DNA of 64,000 nucleotides from Lingula anatina (GCA_051362555.1 CM120642.1:26908001-26972000); one strand, 5' to 3'; counted from the first letter of the stretch, positions 1 to 13,300 are shown. Notes: generated by a model not told the origin, from the sequence alone. Translations and numbers: made by a program.

Positions 1-458
1 GCCAATATTTCGTCTACTTGCAGTCAGACTTCATCAGGGAATGAGGTTGTGACAGGTGTGACAACCTATCACCCTCTCTGGTGTGCTATTTGGTCAGATC
101 TCCAAAGTGGAGAAATATTGCCTGGTAGGACCAGAAGAAATATTAGCTGGTAAGACCAGACAAATATAAGTAGCTATAGATAAAATAATCTTACAATAGC
201 ATAGCTAATGAAACTGTTCTACACTAAAATTGCTTCGTTTTCTGGCATGTTGGGTTCGGCATCTGTATTTTACCTTTTCACTTATAAGCATTCAAACAAA
301 ACTCTTTACAGTTCTTTGTTTTTTTTTCGCCGGTGGTTTAACTTTAATTTGCAGTTAAGTGTACCATAACTGCAGGTGTCCCCGAGGGAAAAATTAAAAT
401 AGACTTTACGCGTGTTTTTATTGCAAAATAAGAAAATAAGAGGGATATGTTTTCACAG

Positions 459-1841
459 GAAGTGATTGTGTTCGGAAACGTTGACGGAATTAGGCCGTTT
501 ACAAATCTACTGGAAGATGATGGCCATGCATTCCCAGAAAACGTTGATATTAACGTCGACGAAGACGTGTTAGCCTTACCATACAGTAGCGGTACGACGG
601 GGCTACCGAAGGGGGTTATGTTAACTCACAAAAACGTTGTCGCCAATGTTGAACAGCTAAGGTAAGTTATTCCTTGTTTTATATTTGTATAAGTATTATT
701 TGTCCTTAGGCGCACTTACATTAGAGATCGTTTGTCCCTTCTTGCTACTCTAGGGGTCGTCTGCTCATACTCAGTAGAAATTAGTGGAAATGTTGCAAAA
801 TTTATAAAAGACCTCCTGTAGTTGATTGTTTTGAATATGCAAGATTCGGAAAGAACTGTTTTTGTGCATAGGATGAAAAATAAAACGCCTTTAAACCTTC
901 TTTGCCTACTTGCATCAAATCAAGGTCCATTAAATACCAAACGACACGCATTTTTATTGTACAATTTCGGTGAAGCAAAGTCTAACATGCACATCACTGT
1001 TTTACAACTTTAGGCACCACGGTGTCATGGGATATGTCCCCCTCAGTGACTGCTTGGTGGGAGTGCTCCCGTTCTTCCATATATATGGCCAAGTGGTCAC
1101 TCTGTTCACTGGGCTTGCAGCGGGGGTAAAGATTGTTACTATGCCAAAATTTGACCTGGATGACTACCTGCACATCGTTCACAGACACCGGGTATGACTG
1201 ATTTATTATTTTTTTATTTGGTTTATTATATTTCTTTCTTTCTTTCTTTCTTTTTAGTTATTAATTAATTAATTTGTTTATTTAAAAATCTATTAATTTA
1301 TTAGTTAGTTAGATAGTTAAGTTTTGCCGTATTTTTTGAGGCAGATAAAAAGTTAAGGCCATTCTCTATGAGCAGTCATTGTAAGCTCAGGACTATGCTT
1401 CAGAATGAGTGCCAGTAGGCCTATAAGTATCTGTATTATGTTGCTGTTCCCGTAGTGACTTCTAGAGACAAGGCGCCATATTTTGTTCCATAAGCACCGC
1501 GCTGCAGATTAAAGTTAACCCATTATCGTGACAAAGCTAGTCGCTTGATTAACCGATGAATAAAACCATTGTCAATTAAATAGGGAAATAATTGATTGAT
1601 TGTTTTCCTGCCAGCCAATACTGATGTTTATGACCTCGTCATGTTTAAGTAGTTAATAGTACGTCGTGTTTGTCTTATTTATCTTGTTGAGTTTTTTTCT
1701 TTTGTGGATGTACTAGTAGCAGTCTGAGAGTGATGTTTTACAATTTGTAATACTTTTCTTGGAGTAAAGCGTATGTTAATGTTCACTGATGTTGTCATGA
1801 TTGTTGGTTTTGTTATATTACTGGACCATTGCTCATCCGTG

Positions 1842-1886
<45 letters not shown>

Positions 1887-4800
1887 TTGTTCATGGCGAT
1901 TGGACGTAAAGGTGTGTAGGCCTATTGTTTATATTGAAAAAGATCAGACATGCGATGTTTTAAGCCGATTAAAGTAAAGGGCTCATTTCCATTGAAAATG
2001 TCATTCTACGTATATCGGTCCAACTCCGCGGATATTCTCGCCGAATGCGGTAAGATAAACAGATCAACATGCCCCCTTTTGTTTCCAAAGTACTCGTATA
2101 GGGCCTATTCGCCAGCTTTTCGGTATTTCACTCAACGCCAGGAGGTTTGTTAATCTGTTTGCATTCAGCGGGAGTCCCTGCGGAGTTGAATCGATCTAAG
2201 TAAAACGATAGTTTCATTGTGAATGTGCCCTAAGACAGTACGATAACGAGGTCGCAAACACAGCGGATTTGGCTTTGCCTGACACCATACAAAATGTTCA
2301 CTAGCGTTTGCACAATTTCGTCATGAAGCCTACCGCTGAGCTGGTGACACTGTGATTGGTTATAATTGCGTAAATAGAATAGGCCTAGATTGCATTTAGT
2401 TTGTCGTTCATATTTAGGCGACATCGCTTCATGTGGTCCCACCCATAGCCCTCCGCATGGCTAAATACCCGGATATTCACAAATTCGACCTCTCCTCCGT
2501 TCGACAAGTGTTCTCCGCCGCTGCGCCTCTCTCTGATACTCTAAGCGAAGAATTCAGCACCGTTACTGGCTTAAGTGACATTAAACAATGTAAGAATACT
2601 ATATTCTATTTGATACTAAAAAAAAACTATTCTTTATGTTAAAATGATCAAGAGATTTTTTTAAAAAGTGAGGTGTTTTTTTAATAATTTCACTAAATGC
2701 ACATGAATACTGACTGTCTTTTTCTATTAACCAGATATTTGATTTGGGAGTAAATGGATATTTCCAAGAAAGTTGTGTCTGCACAAATGGAACCTGTGAA
2801 GCATAAGGCCCGCATACTGTTGCTGTCTAGTCTGTGATTTTTAACAGTCTACATATTCTCAGCATTTTGGTTTGTTTGAAATTCAGGTTATGGGCTCACA
2901 GAGACCAGCCCGGTCACTCACTGCTGCCCGCCTAGAAGCTGGAAGAGTGGGTCTATTGGCGTCCCAGTGCCGAATACCAAACATAAGGTAGTAATATTAC
3001 ATGTACAGATGCGGTGCTAATAGAAGCATCAGCTTTCTCTCTCCCCCCCCCCCCCCCCTTCTCTCTCTCATTCTCTCTCAGGACACGAAGCAGAACTGAC
3101 ACCAGATTCCACTTTTTCACAGTAGGTTGTAGACTTCAAAGTATGACAGTTTGATTTCAGTCTCAACGGGATAAAATAGATCTTCGCACTGTGTTAGGCA
3201 GTTTACATGTAAAACAAATTGATTATTTAGTGACCTCTTATTTTTTTCCTCGATTGCTAGTTGACTTTGATACATGCACTATGACCAATGGCTTATAATA
3301 TCTCTTGCTGTACTACATTACATGTAGGTTTATTACATGTACAACCCAAAGCTTGTATACTGAGTCACAATGCAACTCTGTTTGATGTGGCACTGGTATT
3401 AAAAGTAGACAGAATTTTAAATTGAAGCATTATGTTAGATACAAATGTATGTTTTGACACTGTGAATAAACAAAGACTTTCACCCAACTATGTAGATATT
3501 AAAAACATTGGGGAACGTTATGCATATTTCATATGCCTCATGAAAAGAACTCGCTGTATAGGATGAGCCGAAATAAAGGAGGTCATTGGAGTATATAGAT
3601 TACAATATTTATTGATATTTTACTTGCAATATCCCTATGGAAATACTGTGACACACAGGGCAAACAACGATGATCCACCGGATGATCATGAATAGAAACT
3701 AAAACAATTGTTGAAACCATGTTTAATTAATATTTTATATGCTAAAAGCATTCTGATAAAATTATTTCTACGGAGGGCTATTAGATGAGATTAGTTGGCT
3801 TCAATCTGGATATGGAGAAATTATACACAATTTGTCCAAGATCTAGTTAAGTATAAATTACTTGTTTGTTCAGAACGTGGGTGGTTACCTTGCCCACTGC
3901 ATCCGAACTCCCAACTGGTTTTAAATCTTCTTTTTCCGTTACAATTCCCCCTGGATTTTCTTATCCTCCAGTCCATTTTTCCAAGTATTTTGGGTAAACA
4001 CATAGCGTTGCCACGGCTGAGGTGGTTTATGGTCATTTGGAAATTTGAAATTTGGAGCTCAGTGCCTTTTTTAGAATGCTGTATGAAGTATGAAACATGT
4101 ATGTACGTTTATACAAAAAAGTTGCAAAGGCATTTCTTATTCTCTCTCTCCCTCTCTTTCTCTCTCTCTCTCTCTCTCCACTACACATCGGTCACTTACC
4201 ATTCACGACGGATATTGTACTTCCTCTTCCTGTCACTCGAAGCCCTCATTTCACATTGACCCTCATTTCTTCGGTAACGGAACTGTTCATTTACTGGTTC
4301 TGTTCGAACATCGTAGGTTGTCGACATTGAGTCCAATACTCCCCAGGGCCCAATGCAGGAAGGCGAGCTTTGTGTCCAGGGGCCACAAGTGATGAAAGGC
4401 TACGCGAACAATCCCGAGGCCACGGCACAGTGTATAAAAGACGGCTGGTTTCATACTGGTTAATATTGCTTCTCATCCCACGCTTGTTTCAATAATTGTT
4501 ATAATTTAATAAATTATCGTATCTTGTCTTGGCTTGTCTGAATGTTAAGTATTTATCTTCGTCATTTGTCTTAACCCTAGTTTCAGTCATTATTAACCCT
4601 AATAATATCACCGTTGTTGTAGAGGTAACATCAATAAAGCTTTACGGTGTATGCTTGAGCTAAAAATAAATCTTTTCTTTTGCTGTGATTTAGAAATTCA
4701 TAGCTAAGAGAAGAAAAACATGTAAAATACTATACAGTAAATAATTTAATAACACTTGTACGTGTCTTGAAAACCTGAGCTTTTTTTAATTTGACAACTA

Positions 4801-5463
4801 TAGTTTTCTTTCAATGATTTTTCTTTTTTGTAGGTGATATTGGGTATCTAGACGCCGACGGTCATGTGTTTATCAGTGACCGATTGAAAGAACTGATCAA
4901 GTTCAAGGGATTCCAGGTAAAATTTCTTTTTTATTTTATTTTAAATTAATTTTTCTGGTGTTTGATTTTACTGAAAAGAAATCTACATGCATACGTTGCA
5001 TACAACCCAATATTGCTGTAGTGCACGATTTCAATTTGACAAAAAGGACTTTTGATGCTGTTCAGAGAGCATTGCACATTAAGTCATCACTTGTCCGTTT
5101 ACATATATATTTACCATTAGCGAACACCAAATTGAATTTGCACGGGTTTTTGATCGCATTCCAACAGGTATCGATTGATAAAATCAATTTTGCACTGTAT
5201 CGTGAAGTACATTGTTACTTTTTGTTGTCAGTTTTCTTTAAAGTATCATCTTTTAAGCGATATCTTTTACAAACATTCAGTGTATGGAAATAAAGGATTA
5301 TTGGTTTATTCATGAAACTTTTATTTAGATAAGTGTATTAATCCTCTCTTATTTATAACAATTTGTTCTTCTCATCTGATGATACCTTCTAAGTTGGAAA
5401 ATCTGCATAACATTTGAAAGAATTTAGACCCTAAATTAAATGAAAGTATATTATTTATCATCA

Positions 5464-5517
<54 letters not shown>

Positions 5518-6585
5518 GAAGTCAAATTCAAAGAGGTTTTGAACTATTGGAAACTTTTGACATCGAAAATTATAATGGCTTGAAATATATTTATATATAT
5601 ATACCCCTCTTCAAGGTCCCGCCAGCAGAGCTGGAGGCAGTGATATTGACTAACCCAGCGGTTCTTGACGTAGCAGTAATAGGTGTCGACGACGAAGAAG
5701 CGGGAGAGCTTCCCAAGGCGTTCGTCGTGGTAAAACCGCACGCTCAGTTGTTAGAAATAGAGCTTCAGGATTACGTTAAAAGTAAGCGCATATCCTATTT
5801 GTGAAGTGTACGCAGTTTTTAATGGAATGTTTTAATAGTATAACAAAGCTGTAATTGCAATAAGATCAAACTTAGAAAAATTGAATTATTCACTCAGCTC
5901 TTTCTTGGAACAAGCATAGAGGCATTATTCCCCTTCATGGTTTGATATTGCATCTGCAATATAAAGACTCTGCTCAGATTTGTCAGACAGTATATTGAGC
6001 CCTAATTATATATTTGTTCCTTTCCGTAATTTGAAAACTGTTTGATGGTCAATACTAAAGCGAGTAATAACAGAGGTTTGGTGAAAATTGTCATAGAGAA
6101 ATAAGGGGAAATTAATATGTCTACTTTATGAAATATAATGTTCTTTTTAGCAAGAATGTATATTTATATCAGTGCCAAAAAACTTTTCAGAAATATTTCT
6201 TACTTTAATGTATGTAAACAAATATATATGGCTATATAGAATGGGCGTCGAGAGAGTACTACGCCATTCATAATTTACTGTTTATTTAATCATAGTGCTG
6301 TGAATTTTCGTAAGTCCTTTATTTCAAGCAAGCAAATCTGATTTGTTTATCATATAAACATCGCCATAATTGAAAATTGTATTTATCTTTGGGCATTGAA
6401 ATGAATGGATTTTTTGTTTGTTTGTTAATAACGCCTTTTTATTTATATTGTTATTTACTTCTTTTTAAGCGAAAGTGGCTCCTTACAAACGGCTGCGCGG
6501 TGGAGTGGAATTTGTTCAAGAAATTCCAAAGACACCAACTGGGAAGATTCTGCGGCGTATGCTAAAAAATCGGGATCAGAAATAA
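459..6585 (+). CDS. 4-coumarate-CoA ligase-like / firefly-luciferase-like acyl-CoA synthetase (ANL superfamily), 5'-partial, 8 exons
   Basis: Exons 459-661, 1014-1191, 2418-2589, 2887-2987, 4317-4458, 4834-4916, 5616-5781, 6470-6585; all GT-AG and phase-consistent (386 aa + stop). Motifs: [18 protein letters not shown] (AMP-binding P-loop), [81 protein letters not shown] (catalytic Lys). N-terminal exons lie upstream of the window. Confidence 0.95.
1979..2230. mobile_element. Foldback MITE family B (PIF/Harbinger-like), intron of the acyl-CoA synthetase gene
   Basis: ~80-bp imperfect terminal inverted repeats (GGGCTCATTTCCATTG... / ...CATTGTGAATGTGCCC) followed by TAA; homologous to copies at 33956-34069 and 42120-42371. 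Confidence 0.75.
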
Positions 6586-8032
6586 TACGAGCAGGAAAAA
6601 GGAGAAGATAGATGACAACACAATATTCAGATCTGTGTCCGAGCTCTGCAAACCGGTCAACCGATTTTGAGACCATAATACCCTGTTTTCACACAAGATA
6701 CAATTACTTTTTTTTGTTTGTTTGTTTGTTTGTTTGTTTGTTTATTTATCTTTTATAATTTTTTTGTCATTGAATGAAATTGTAGCCGGGACTTTGTTCA
6801 TTAAGCAATATTAAGCATTAATAAGCAATGATTACAGTATCTGCATCCAATTGCACAACGTGTATCATTGCTTAATTTGTTGATACATCGTGTCATTCCG
6901 GCACATAAACTTTAAACAACACGTTCATGTAGTTTTATAGGGTTTATTGTGTAAAATATCTTACATTAATGGGCGACTTCTTTTATAGAATTTGGTGCTA
7001 TATGTAAAAGACATAGACATACGTCTTATCCTATTGCTGCCTCCAAAAGCAAAAGAGGTTAAGGATATTGTCACCCTTCGGCCAAAATTCCTTATTTACA
7101 GCCTTATATACATTCTTCTGTTGGGTTATAGATTAATCTTCAATGTTCAGTGACTAAATTGATTAACATTTACATAAATGTCGTCCTACGGGAGAGTAAT
7201 AATTGCGATTTTGGGCTCAAAACTGAAAAATCGTTTTCTCAAATTTCTTTTTTACCCGAGTACCCACGATCGCCGCTTCATCGTCGATTTAAAGGCACCA
7301 TTTAGTACTCCAAAACCATGCCAGCGATTTATCTTATAAGTTTTAGTTCAGATTTTATCGTTGATAAAGCAAAATTTTGCCTTTATTAAATGAAAATCTG
7401 TAATAAGGCGCCCATGACTACATTGAAAAACTACATTAACCAAAATGACGGCACATGATTGTAGTCCATACACTCATGGTTAGCTCTGCCAATTTTCGTG
7501 ATAAAATCTTGTTCATGGATGAAGTTACGCCCCTTACCGATTGCTATCTCACCTCAAAATAGGAAGGTGTTAAATTGACGATTAAAGCTTTGAGTTTTCT
7601 ATGCTTATACATTGCAACGAGAAATATAAACGCCGATATTTTATATTTTCGAGGGTCTTTTTATTGTATTGAATCAGCACTAAGATAGATGCATTACTGA
7701 ATATTAAGATGCAACGAAAACCTCATTTTCGGTATCTGGATGATAATAAAGGGTTACAATATCCTTAAATGTTCTTGTTACAGATCAGGTAACAAATAAA
7801 AGTCATTTTACATTTTATTATGATTATAATTATTTGGTAATATAATTGATCAAATATTTTAAATTTTACATTCGTTTGCATTGTGTGCATTTGTTTATTT
7901 CCGTGAAATACCAGTATAGAAGTTCAAGTCCTAGATTTGTCATTTTCTCATCAAAAGTAGGCGTCAATCTGCAGTTTCAACTGTTTTCTTCTCTTGGACT
8001 CAATATTTCTTTCTTGGGATTAGAACTTCTTC

Positions 8033-8395
8033 TCATTGCCCCCTGTTGTATGCATTTTTACTGGCACTGTTCCTGCGCCAATTGCTTTGGGCCAATTGCT
8101 GAAAAGCTTTATTCATCAAAGGATGAAATGTTCTTTTCCCAAAAAACGGCCGTCGTCTGCCCTCTTCTTGTTGTTGATAGGCCAACTGTCTCTCCCCATA
8201 GTATTGGGGCAAATGCGTTTCTAAGAATGGATGGAAAGGCGCTACAATTGCATCCATTTGTGAGGGATAATTTTCTTCATTTTCTACATCTTGGGCAAGC
8301 TCTTGGCGAATCCAGTCTTCGATTGAGGCACAATTCACATCAACAAGTAACAGCAGTAAAGTGCAGCATATGATTGAGGTTGCCTTTGGAACCAT
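8033..8395 (-). CDS. Secreted prepropeptide 1 (120 aa; neuropeptide- or defence-peptide-type precursor)
   Basis: Signal peptide MVPKATSIICCTLLLLLVDVNC, acidic spacer, GRRRPFF-GKR (amidation plus dibasic site), C-terminal peptide with internal RR. Start context CAAAATG; splice acceptor (tttatgttacag) 13 nt before the ATG; AATAAA at ~7894-7899 (-). Confidence 0.85.
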   Translation of the reverse strand: MVPKATSIICCTLLLLLVDVNCASIEDWIRQELAQDVENEENYPSQMDAIVAPFHPFLETHLPQYYGERQLAYQQQEEGRRRPFFGKRTFHPLMNKAFQQLAQSNWRRNSASKNAYNRGQ

Positions 8396-9169
8396 TTTGA
8401 TAAGAAGTCTGTAACATAAAATTATAACGTGGGGATTTTAATTGCTTGAGGTTTAGTGAGATATATTTTATAAGTGAAGGGATTTTTTGGCAACGCCTTT
8501 CTTGACTAATTGTTTTCGATGCCTAGTGGTCACTTAAGAATATAATTTAGTCGAAAGAAACATGCACATACTGGAAATGGAAGGGTCAAACTACCGGCTT
8601 TTATTAGCTATAAAGGTTGTAAAGACAGATTTCGATTCATCTTTATTTTCCACTGGATTAGAGTTTTTCTTTTCACATAAAGGGCATAGCTTAACTTCTT
8701 TGTGAATATCTTAATTAGGGAATATCTTAATTAGGGAAAATGAAAGTAATGTCTCACTAAACGTGTAAGCTCCGCACGAAACACGAGAAAATCGGAAAAT
8801 CAAATTTGTCCGAAAATCACATTGTTTACAATAACGACCCTTTAAATTCTGTCTCATTTAATGGGAAAGTTATTTTATAATTTTATACTTTGCAGCCAAA
8901 AACTTAAACAAGAAATTCCTCAATCACTGAATAATTTAAACTCAGTTTATAGAAAACAGCTGAAGAAGCAGTATGCTTAATATTCCCAAACGTCAAATAA
9001 TAAAAACGTTGCTTTAATAGACTTAAATACAACAATCTTATAGAAATTTCGTAAAATATAATGTATGCTACTGTCTTTTCTTATATTACTAATTAAACTA
9101 TGGTAATCTAGCTTTGTTTCCACCAGAAGGTGACGTAAAATAATACGTCGACGCCGGGCGTGTTTGCAA

Positions 9170-9207
9170 AACTGTCTTCAGAATGCAACACCGATAACTT
9201 TATAAAA
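9170..9207 (-). promoter_or_regulatory. Candidate TATA box plus initiator for prepropeptide 1 (non-coding first exon)
   Basis: TATAAA at 9204-9199 (-) with an Inr-like ACAGTT whose A (9173) lies 31 nt downstream; CRE-like TGACGTAA at 9131-9138. The acceptor before the ATG at 8395 implies an upstream UTR exon. Confidence 0.45.
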
Positions 9208-9968
9208 GAGGGGAAATCTTGGTCATTAAGAGTTGGATTTTATCATCGTTAGTGGGCGTGCGATCCCAGTTGGTAGTGCGCTCTCCCCATAACTACTACC
9301 TTTTCTATTCATTTGTTAAATCTTTGAATGAAATGCCGAACAAAAATTACCAGAATTGCTATGCTGTAAATTGACAAGGGTACTAGCAGCGCTCACCTTT
9401 TATCAGGGATACAAACATTGCATTTTTTTAATGCGTAGATCGATTTGTTTAACATGCTATCAGAATTTATAAGAATAACGCATACAATGATAAAAATCAA
9501 TATGAAAAATGTTTAGAGAACGCGTGCAAGCATAAAACTTTCACTTTGATGAAAAGCAAATCTGATCGCGTCTCAAGGAGGGTTTTCCTAGACGAATACA
9601 GAAATTCATACTTATTTCCCACACGTAAAGATAATGTACATTTAAGACAGCTGCTGCAGTGATGAAGTTTTTTCTTGATTAAAAAATAATTATAAAGGAC
9701 ATAAGCCAACCCAAATTGTTTTTACAGCAATGAATAACGCATTACGGAAGTCTCTTGATTCCTTCCGCTCTGATTATCATATAACAATAACGAAACTCTC
9801 TGGAATCAGTTTCTCTGTCTGCTTTACAAACAAATACTATAAACGATAGTTTGGTCTGAATTGTCAATTTTGGTGTCAGCTTCTTTGGAAATTTTGCAAC
9901 AGGAAGAGCGATCAATGGCGTTTAGAGTGCCAAAGGGGAAGTTCGCGAAAACTCTGATGAAAATTCAG

Positions 9969-10385
9969 TTAATCCCTGTCAGGTGGCGAAGCTAAACACA
10001 TGGAAAGACAAGTTTTCTTTGTATTTGGCGTTGTTCCTCCAGCAAGAACATTGCACTGGAAATTACAACGGTTAGCACTCTTTTGCAGATATCCCCAAAC
10101 TCGCTTGCGCTTTCCCAAGTAACGCCGGCGCTTTTGTTGAGCCTGCATTAGGATCTCATCGTCTCTGTCGTTTTCTGCGGGACTATCATATGCAATATTC
10201 GGATAATATGGCCCAAAGGGAAGCAACACAATCCCATGATGCGCTGCGTCTCGCATGTCTGAAGCGTCGTCGCCGTCGTTAGCGTTCAACCGAAACAGCA
10301 GCTGGTCGAGTGGAAAGCAGTTCGCAGCGCCCAGCAGTAGCACGAGAAATGCGCAAAATAATTTCATTACTGGTATTGTCTTCAT
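9969..10385 (-). CDS. Secreted prepropeptide 2 (138 aa) with C-terminal CX3C-X14-CX3C domain
   Basis: Signal peptide MKTIPVMKLFCAFLVLLLGAANC, acidic pro-region, KRRRYL-GKR-KR, then VWGYLQKSANRCNFQCNVLAGGTTPNTKKTCLSMCLASPPDRD. Acceptor (ttttttttacgcatttcag) 11 nt before the ATG; same architecture as 8033-8395. Confidence 0.85.
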   Translation of the reverse strand: MKTIPVMKLFCAFLVLLLGAANCFPLDQLLFRLNANDGDDASDMRDAAHHGIVLLPFGPYYPNIAYDSPAENDRDDEILMQAQQKRRRYLGKRKRVWGYLQKSANRCNFQCNVLAGGTTPNTKKTCLSMCLASPPDRD

Positions 10386-13300
10386 CTTTGAAGCGCCTGA
10401 AATGCGTAAAAAAAACGCTGCCTAAGTTTTTCATTTGACATCGGAAGCGCATTTGGCAACAACTCATTGAATGCTTCTTACACAAGAGAGAATTTTAGCG
10501 CTTAGCTTGGCAACTCGCATGCACTCAAAAGACAATGGATTCGTAAATTTACATTTCCAGAAAAAATACTTACAGAATCACTCTAACTGTATACTAAGTG
10601 AGCTTTTATACTATTTACTTACAGTCTGGTGATATCAAGAAAAAGTTACATAAACATGCTAAAACTCTCATATACATGCAAGCGGTAGTGTGAGCAAAAT
10701 AAGTCAGTGTCGCAATAGAATTGGAAGCAATCCAACAGGAAGGACAGTTTATTTGGTTTGATGGATATGGCAACCCTTCAATCCATCCGCTAAGCAAAGT
10801 GTTTGATGTCCCGACAAGTAATCAGATCCCTTCATCGACAATCCAATCAAAACCGTTATCATTACCAGTGCGCATAATGTGTAATTTCCATTCTAGTTAT
10901 TGGGGAAATCGTTTTAATGCACTCGCCAATCATTGTTGGCATTAAACACAACATTTTACACCGCGTAAACATTCGCCTTTTGTACACTATTAGGCACGGG
11001 GGGAGGAAACAGTCATACTCATCGAAATTGATTGTGGACGCTTTGTTAAGGGCATCTGGCGACGAAGCAAACCGAGGCATCTAACTGCTTTGTGCGAGAA
11101 TCTCTTCCGCGTTTCTAGCATTTGCCCTTACCGTTCATGCTGAAGACAAACGCATCATAACGGTTCAACAATTGTAGGCAGTTTTTATTGTAACGGTGTC
11201 TTAATTCTATGCCACCGAACAAAGGGGCAAACCTTCCAATCTCTACTTTGTGTGTTTAGTTTACAACTTTTTTTCAACGGCGATGTGTGGTTATCATTAC
11301 TTTTGGCGCGTTGATGACCAGAGCTATTCTTGGTATTGAAGAATATCTTTTCATTAATGCAACCACAGTACATTTGTGTTTGTAACAATCGATTACGGCG
11401 TCGATAAACAAAGACTTAAATCAACCGTGTTAGCCAGGAACACATTCTGCTCTGCTGTAATACAACTTAATCCAGTTGTTCTCTCCATACAACTTTGCAT
11501 GGCTTTCATTGTCTATTAAAAAGAGCGAGTTCAAGTATAGACGTGAATGAAATTACTTTTCATATGGCAAAATCCTATTCAACAAAGAAATTGTTTGTTT
11601 AGCGAAATTACAATGTTAATTACTTACTACTAAAAATATTTTTCAGTGATATAAACTTAGCATCAAGTAAAGTCACTATGTTTTAACATGCTCGTATAGG
11701 CACAGGCTTTTCAGTTTGGCACATAGGTATTGCGCTGTTTTATATTTTATCTCTATAATATGCATTACGGTAAACTGCCATCTTTTGGTTCTTTTAATAT
11801 ACTATCGCCATTTACTTTTTGTGCAGTTATTCACAACGTACTTGCCACAGGCAAAGGTTAATACATCTCATTCTTTAATTTTACAGTATTTTATTTAACT
11901 GAATAAATATAGTATCTCTTCATTACGGTAAACATTGGATACGGAAATTATGAACAATGTTCTCACATTTTCCTTGGTCTTTTTTTTTTCAGTGGAAAAT
12001 CTAATTCAATGTTCAAATCGAATGCATTTCTCGTTAACTATCGTAAAAACGGGATAGATTGTTACGGCTAAAATATTTATGTAATATTAGAAAATAACCT
12101 TTATGTCAAAGTTCTCAGCAAAATTGCTTGTCGATGACATGCAGCGTCACCTTATCGCGTACATTTTCTTATTATTGGACATTTTTCTACAATAAATAAA
12201 TCTTCCCATTACCAAAATGAATTAAAGATATTGCCTGGTGCATATAAGTCAATGTGTTTTTATACGCCTGGTGCAAGATAAGTCCCAAGTCATTGAACGA
12301 ATTCAGACATTTGTTGTGAATTTGTATCGAACATTCTGGCTAAAGCCTTCTTTGTCTTTCCAAGTTAATTCAAAATTTATCATTTACCAATATCATAGCC
12401 TAAATATTTTGATCATGTCAATGCAATTTATGAATGATTCAGTTTACTGAGTAAATAAACATTAAAAACGTGATTCTATATTAAGAACTTTAAATGAGGA
12501 TTTCTTGTTATCGTGTGTGATTGTATTTTAAAAACCATATCGTTAAACTTTCCCCGTAAGTAGGCCTAGACCAACTGACATTAGATGCTCAATAATAACT
12601 TGACTGAAATGGTATACCCATTACAAAGTGCTCACCTGGCTATGTCGCGCTAGTCTATGTGTCGTCTCGGTCCTCTCAAGTGTTATTACGAGTGTCGCAC
12701 TGGTGGCTTTATAGGTGTCGTGCCAGGTAGACTTTGAATGACGGTGTTCCTGTCGCAGAAAAGGACACCGCGTTTAACAATCCTAGGTTTTGTTTTTATG
12801 TGGGAGCAATTTGTAGAGTCAAACCATTATCCGGGCCCACGGTGGCCGTTAATGAAACACTAATCTAGGCGTTTCAATCATTTAGTCAAAGCAGTCACTG
12901 AAAAGCGCCGATATCCAGGTTCCTTTATAGGCTTCAGATAGCGACGTGCTGTCATCTAATTTGCACCTTAAAAGCCAAGTGTATTAATTCATTTACTTTC
13001 ACTTTGTGGAGTTAAATGTCGCTTTTCCGTCATTGCAGGAAACGGTAATCACGTCTACGCTAACTTGAAGGCGTATAATAAGTGAATAATAACATATGGT
13101 CATTAGTGTTAGTTTAACGTTAATCGAAGACAAGCTGCGTTGTCGGCTAAACAACGTTGACTTAAAGTGTAAGTCGCGCGCATTCTGAATCTCTTAAGTC
13201 AATCGCAGCGGAACTTACAAGAATAACTTTTACTAAAACGGCAACAGTTACACGAAGCCTTTAGTACCCCTAACAAAACAGTTTTTTGATGGTGACAAGA

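Noticed and set aside
459-6585. Calling the ANL enzyme a true luciferase (bioluminescence system)
   Set aside because: Motifs are generic 4CL-like (FFHIYG, TETSPV) rather than beetle-luciferase (FHHGFG, TETTSA); such acyl-CoA synthetases are widespread in non-luminous animals.
7846-8373. 175-aa + strand ORF
   Set aside because: Antisense to prepropeptide 1 and its 3' UTR; non-ATG start; no protein-like features.
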